A DNA stretch of 64,000 nt, taken from NCBI GenBank assembly GCA_963833225.1, contig CAWHXD010000008.1, forward strand, positions 736,001 to 800,000, written 5' to 3'. Source of the stretch: an uncultured Chloroflexia bacterium (GTDB lineage Bacteria > Chloroflexota > Limnocylindria > Limnocylindrales > CSP1-4). The notes under the pieces are model-generated. The model made no database searches, was not told the DNA's origin, and worked only from the letters and a program-made list of their open reading frames with translations. Below are positions 62,368-64,000 of the stretch, in pieces. Position 1 is the first letter of the stretch. Every line of letters begins with the position of its first letter. The translations under genes and the position numbers were made by a program.

Positions 62368-63569
62368 TCAGCGAGCGTCCGCGAGCGGCACCTCGAGCCA
62401 GAACGCCGCCCCCCGGTGGCGTTGTTGGCGACGCCAACCTGCCCGCCGTGCGCCTCCGCAATCGCCCGCACGATGGCGAGCCCCAGGCCGGACGTGCCGG
62501 TTTCGCGATTGCGCGCGGCATCTGCCTGGTAGAAGCGGTCGAACAGGTGCGGCAGGTCGGCATCGGAGACCCCGGGTCCCTGGTCCACGACCTCCACGCG
62601 GCCCATCCCGCTCGCGGTCCGGGTGACCCCCACCGCGACGGTGCTGCCGGGCGGCGCGTGGCGCACGGCATTGTCGACGAACGCGGCGAGCGCCTGGGCA
62701 AGCCGGTCGCGATCGACATCGACGACGACGGGATCCGGACCGGGCTCGCCGGCGACCGAGACGCTCCTGGCCTCGGCTCGCGCCCGGAACGCGGCAACGA
62801 CCGCGCTCACGATGTCACCGAGCGCCACCGGCGCGCGGACCAGTGGGAGCGCACCCGCGTCGGCGAGGCTGATCGTCCGCAGGTCGTCCACGACCCTGCC
62901 CAGGATGCGGGCCTGCTCCCGGATGGTCTCCAGGTGGCGGTCGTCGGGCGGGTAGACCCCGTCGAGCACGGCGGCAGCCGTCGCGTCGATCACCGCGAGC
63001 GGCGTCTTCATCTCATGCGCGGCGTCCTGGAAGAATCGTCGCCGCGAGGTCTCGCTCCGCTCGAGATCGGCGGCCATCGCGTCGAACGAGCGACCCAGCG
63101 AGCCGATCTCGTCCGTTCGTTCAGCCACGCCTGACCGGGCCGCCAGGTCACCCGCCGCGACGGCCGCCGCCGCCGCCTCGAGCCTCACCAGCGGCGTGGC
63201 CAGGCGCCGGGCGATCAGCGCACCGAGCAGCGAGGCGAGGACGGCCGCAGCAACGGCCACGCCGATGATGATCGCCGTCGTCTCCTGCTGGGCCTGGCTC
63301 GCGTAGGGGCCCTGCCCGCCTCCCCCACCGGAACCCGCTCCCGGTCCACCACCGGCCCCCTGGCCGGCGCCGGGACCGCCGCCCATCCCGGGACCGCCGC
63401 CGATCCCCGGCGCCGCCGATGCCTGTCCCGCCATCATGGCCTCGAACCCGCGCCCGACGATCGGCGGGGCTGCGAGCGCGACCGCGAGCGCCGTCAGCAC
63501 GGCCACGCCCGCGAAGGCGAGCGCCAGCCGGACGGCAAGCCCGGTTCCCGGGGCCCGCGCCGGCGTCAT
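62368..63569 (-). CDS. HAMP sensor histidine kinase (BaeS-like); apparent frameshift in a G-run near 62410
   Basis: 2 TM helices, HAMP, AHEMKTPL, DNAVRH, DQGPG, GLGLAI. The natural C-terminus AAFWLEVPL lies in a shifted frame ending at 62368. Confidence 0.9.
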
Positions 63570-64000
63570 TCGCGCGCCGCCCGGTAGCCGACGCCGCGGA
63601 GCGTGTCGATGTAGCCGCGGCCGTCGGTGCGCTCCCCGAGCTTGCGCCGGAGGTTCTTGATGTGGCTGTCGATGGTGCGGTCGAAGGCGTCGTACGACTC
63701 GCCGAACACGCGGTCGCCCAGCCGCGCGCGGGTCCACGCCATGCCCGGAACCTCCACCAGGGCCACGAGGAGGTCGAACTCCGCCCTGGTGAGGCCGATG
63801 TCGGCCTCGTCGCGCCGAACCTCCCGGGCGGACTCATCGATCTCGAGGTCGAGATACCGGCGGGTTGCGGGCGCGGTGGTCGCCGCCGTGGGCGGACCGG
63901 CGGCCGCGCGCCGGAGCACGGCACCCACGCGGGCCACGAGCTCGCGCGGCTCAAACGGCTTGGTGACGTAGTCGTCGGCGCCGATCTCGAGACCCGCGAC
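63566..64000 (-). CDS. OmpR-family response regulator (3' part; runs off the window end)
   Basis: GADDYVTKPFEPRELVARV, LTRAEFDLL, RTIDSHIKNLRRKL, TLRGVGY. Confidence 0.95.
   Translation of the reverse strand, partial: VAGLEIGADDYVTKPFEPRELVARVGAVLRRAAAGPPTAATTAPATRRYLDLEIDESAREVRRDEADIGLTRAEFDLLVALVEVPGMAWTRARLGDRVFGESYDAFDRTIDSHIKNLRRKLGERTDGRGYIDTLRGVGYRAARE

Overview
A high-GC bacterial chromosome segment, inferred to be Chloroflexota (probably Limnocylindria/Ellin6529-like) from RpoB/RpoC/NusG style and gene order; a 16S classification would settle this. Bases 1-38.4 kb are a core housekeeping region, almost entirely on the minus strand. In transcription order it runs tadA-like, two tRNA-Ser, large SRP RNA, dnaX-ebfC-recR, an ECF sigma/anti-sigma pair, a complete rrn operon (16S-Ile-Ala-23S-5S), a LysM protein, fpg (+ strand), rpsA, clpC-radA-yacL-ispDF-cysS-rlmB, two tRNA-Thr, tuf-rpmG-tRNA-Trp-secE-nusG-rplKAJL-rpoB-rpoC (partial). 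Bases 38.5-64 kb are accessory or metabolic: a PPi-type PFK, a ribitol/glycerol-phosphate polymer (teichoic-acid-like) locus, a nucleoside hydrolase, an FAD oxidoreductase, an inositol catabolism cluster containing a transaldolase, a TetR/P-type ATPase unit, a glutaredoxin-groES-rhodanese module and a two-component system. The most notable observations are: a TadA in the canonical locus whose catalytic HAE is HAV (the eukaryotic ADAT3/Tad3 pseudo-active-site signature); RlmB with a long RG/Tyr-rich N-terminus built on 12 copies of a 30-bp repeat; an ~80-nt actinobacterial-H54a-like insertion in 23S rRNA; a teichoic-acid-like locus; and an orphan groES. About eight small frameshifts in unrelated genes most likely reflect long-read assembly errors. 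No CRISPR array, transposase or prophage was seen.
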